This document shows positions 61,830 through 64,000 of a stretch of 64,000 nt of DNA, piece by piece (the stretch's first letter is position 1; each line of letters opens with the position of its first letter). Both the position numbers and the translations under genes were made by a program. This stretch comes from Verrucomicrobiales bacterium (GTDB lineage Bacteria > Verrucomicrobiota > Verrucomicrobiia > Limisphaerales > UBA1100): contig SYLI01000068.1 of the NCBI GenBank assembly GCA_005809105.1, forward strand, positions 4,294 to 68,293, given 5' to 3'. The notes beneath the pieces are model-generated. The model worked only from the letters and a program-made list of their open reading frames with translations, ran no database searches and was not told where the DNA came from.

Positions 61830-62384
61830 TCACATCATGCCCAGCTCCAAGCGCGCCGCTTCGGACATCATCTCCCGGCTCCAGGGTGGATCCCAGACAA
61901 GGTCGGCATGGGCTTCCGCCACGCCATCCAGACAGAGCAGCTTGTTTTCGACATCGGCCTTGAGCGTCGGGCCCATGCCGCAGCCCGGTGCCGTGAGCGT
62001 CATCTTGATCTCGGCCTTGTAACCGCCGGGTGAGAGCTCGCTCAAGTGGCAGTCATAGATCAGGCCCAAGTCCACGATGTTGACGGGAATCTCCGGATCG
62101 TAGCAGGTTTTAAGCTGGCTCCACACTTGCGCCTCCAGCTCCTCGCGCGTTGCCGCCTTCTTCACGCAGGCCTCAGGCAGACCGCCCACCTCGCGGCCCA
62201 GCGCGTCGGCGTCCTTGCCTTCGATGCGAAACATATTGCCGTTCACGATGACGGTGTACGAGCCGCCCAGCGCTTGGGCGATGTGGGCCACCTCGCCCTT
62301 CTGCAGGGTCACGTGCGTGCCCGAGGGGATCACCGACGCGTTCACATCGCGGCACAACGCCACTGATTCATTGGAGGGATGCAC
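61830..62384 (-). CDS. sufT: Fe-S assembly protein SufT (DUF59 family)
   Basis: C-terminal DUF59 core (CYDPEIPVNIVDLGLIY...TAPGCGMG) and the N-terminal SufT-type extension (IPSGTHVTLQKGEVAHIAQALGGSYTV). GTG 62384 or TTG 62390 start. Confidence 0.75.
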   Translation of the reverse strand: MHPSNESVALCRDVNASVIPSGTHVTLQKGEVAHIAQALGGSYTVIVNGNMFRIEGKDADALGREVGGLPEACVKKAATREELEAQVWSQLKTCYDPEIPVNIVDLGLIYDCHLSELSPGGYKAEIKMTLTAPGCGMGPTLKADVENKLLCLDGVAEAHADLVWDPPWSREMMSEAARLELGMM

Positions 62385-62391
62385 GGTCAAT

Positions 62392-62841
62392 TCAGGGTGT
62401 ACAGGCCGGCTGCCACGAAGCCGCCAGCTCGCGGACACGGCGCAACATGGCGGCCAAGCCATTCTTGCGCGTGGGGCTCAAGTGCTCGGAAAGTTGCATA
62501 CGGGCGAGCGCGGGCGCGCCATCGGTGCGCAGAATTTCTGCGGCCGTCTTGCCCGAGTAGATGATGAGCAGCACGGCGATGAGGCCCTTGACGATGAACG
62601 CGTCGCTATCGGCCACGATGTCCAAAACAGGTTCGGCGCCTCCGGTGCGCGGGACAAGCCTCATCCACACCTGCGCCTGACATCCGTGGACGCGAAACGC
62701 GTCGCAGTGATCCTCGGGTGCCATCGGCGGAAGCTGCCGGCCCAGATCGATGAGATGGCCGAAGCGGGCTTCCCAGTCTCCGAGCAGCTCGAAGTGGGAT
62801 TCGAGCTCGTCCAGCGTCAAGGCGGCCGGCGCGGTCATCAT
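62392..62841 (-). CDS. sufE: SufE-like cysteine desulfuration (sulfur acceptor) protein
   Basis: VHGCQAQVW active-site Cys motif and C-terminal LSPTRKNGL. The ATG overlaps the sufD stop (ATGATGA). Confidence 0.85.
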   Translation of the reverse strand: MMTAPAALTLDELESHFELLGDWEARFGHLIDLGRQLPPMAPEDHCDAFRVHGCQAQVWMRLVPRTGGAEPVLDIVADSDAFIVKGLIAVLLIIYSGKTAAEILRTDGAPALARMQLSEHLSPTRKNGLAAMLRRVRELAASWQPACTP

Positions 62842-64000
62842 CAGGCGGCGATGTGAGGGTTTTGCTCCAGACGATCCCACACCAGCCGATCCAGCTCCTC
62901 GCGGGCGGGTTGGCAGGCGATGCGATCAATGATCTCCCCGGCGAACGCATGCACCAGCATCCTCTGCGCGCTCTCCTGACTGATGCCGCGCGCGCGCAGG
63001 TAGAAAACCTGGTCGGGATTCATCTGCCCCACGGTGGCACCGTGCGTGCAGCGGACGTCGTCAGCATAAATCTCCAGCTGCGGCTTGGTATTGGCCGTGG
63101 CCTCGCCGGAGAGAAGCAGGTTGCGGTTGGTCTGCTTGGCGTCGGTCTTCACCGCGCCCGGGTGGACATGGATGCGCCCGTGAAAGACGCCTCGCGACTC
63201 ATCATCGAGGATGCCGTTAAAAAACTCGCGGCTCTCGCAGTGGCGGCTGACGTGCTCCATCACCATGTGATGGTCGAGCACCTGGGTGCCCGCGCCCAGA
63301 CACATTCCGTTGAGCAGGCAGTCGGCGCGCTCGCCTTCGAGCCGGGCACGCAGGTTGCAGCGCGCCAGTCGCGCCCCCAGCAAAAGCGAATGGTGCGCCA
63401 CGTGGCTGCCGGCGGCCAGCCGCAGGGAGAGGGTGCCTACATGGATGGCCGCCGCAGATTCGTCCTGAAATCGCAGGTGCTCCACGCGAGCCTCTGCCGC
63501 GGCGTGGATCTCGGTGAGCGAATTATTGAAATACGCGGCATGGGTCTGGCCCAGGTGCGCCTCGATCACGGTGGCACGGCTTCTTGGTCCGGCGATAATT
63601 CGGTGGCGAAGGCTGGCCATGGAGCCGTCCTCGGTGGCGGTGTGGATGAAAAAGAGGCGCAAGGGCTCCGACAGTTCGGCGTCTTCCGCAAGCTCGATGA
63701 GCGCGCCATCCTGATGAAACGCCGCATTCAACGCCTCGAAGGGGCCTTCGTGCTGAGACGGCGTCGCGGTGGCCGTTTCGTCACAGCCGTCGGCGTGCTC
63801 CTGTGCCCACTGGGCGGCGCGATGAGTAATCTTCACTCCTTTTGGCAGCGTGCCGACATGGGAAAGAGAGGGCGCGAAGTGGCCATTAACAAACACCAGA
63901 CAGGGGCCGGGAAGTGTTCCGAAAACGGCGCCCTCCATACGGGGCGCAGGGCCGGGACGCGCGGGGGCCAGCGGCAGCGCCGCCAGCGCCGCCAGACTGG
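62841..64000 (-). CDS. sufD: Fe-S cluster assembly protein SufD (5-prime end beyond right edge)
   Basis: TANTKPQLEIYADDVRCTHGATVGQMNPDQVFYLRARGI is the SufB/SufD signature. The frame stays open upstream of the first ATG (63938) to the window edge. Confidence 0.85.
   Translation of the reverse strand, partial: SLAALAALPLAPARPGPAPRMEGAVFGTLPGPCLVFVNGHFAPSLSHVGTLPKGVKITHRAAQWAQEHADGCDETATATPSQHEGPFEALNAAFHQDGALIELAEDAELSEPLRLFFIHTATEDGSMASLRHRIIAGPRSRATVIEAHLGQTHAAYFNNSLTEIHAAAEARVEHLRFQDESAAAIHVGTLSLRLAAGSHVAHHSLLLGARLARCNLRARLEGERADCLLNGMCLGAGTQVLDHHMVMEHVSRHCESREFFNGILDDESRGVFHGRIHVHPGAVKTDAKQTNRNLLLSGEATANTKPQLEIYADDVRCTHGATVGQMNPDQVFYLRARGISQESAQRMLVHAFAGEIIDRIACQPAREELDRLVWDRLEQNPHIAA

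Noticed and set aside
1-64000. Scan for CRISPR arrays, tRNA/rRNA genes, integrases, transposases and inverted terminal repeats.
   Set aside because: No non-coding gap exceeds about 235 bp. The only repeats found are in-frame low-complexity coding repeats (polyproline, RGG). No ORF shows recombinase or transposase motifs.

Overview
High-GC (by eye, not computed), very gene-dense chromosomal core segment with about 60 protein-coding genes; most intergenic gaps are under 110 bp. The marker content points to a PVC-superphylum bacterium, most likely Verrucomicrobiota, but this is inference only. The markers are a DUF1549/DUF1553 (PSCyt/PSD) protein with a DUF1501 partner, a giant PVC-type heme-binding CxxCH/HEAT protein, a 610-aa GreA with a long N-terminal extension, and exported Gfo/Idh/MocA oxidoreductases. 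I found no rRNA, tRNA, CRISPR array, transposase/integrase or clear defence island. Most of the window is housekeeping: fabI, rsmB, greA-like, aroB, trpG/pabA, dinG-like, ychF, obg, rpmA, rplU, rpmE (type B), prfA, thiE, accBC, aroQ, holB. It also holds a five-gene lipid-degradation operon and most of a SUF Fe-S operon. Observations I rank highest: (1) a zinc-ribbon/polyproline protein next to a GYF-like membrane protein, a possible proline-ligand/proline-reader pair. (2) A translationally coupled patatin, PaaK-like ligase and beta-oxidation cassette. (3) A non-canonical SUF operon carrying SufE plus an IscU-type scaffold, SufT, a Rieske protein and a Cys-less rhodanese fusion. (4) A radical-SAM gene coupled to a membrane protein and a spermidine-synthase-like gene. 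None of these is proven novel; all need database and synteny checks I cannot run. The many long ORFs in other frames or on the opposite strand of real genes are high-GC artefacts. Coordinates follow the ORF track. Internal start codons were derived arithmetically from it and spot-checked against the printed sequence, so they are uncertain by a few codons.
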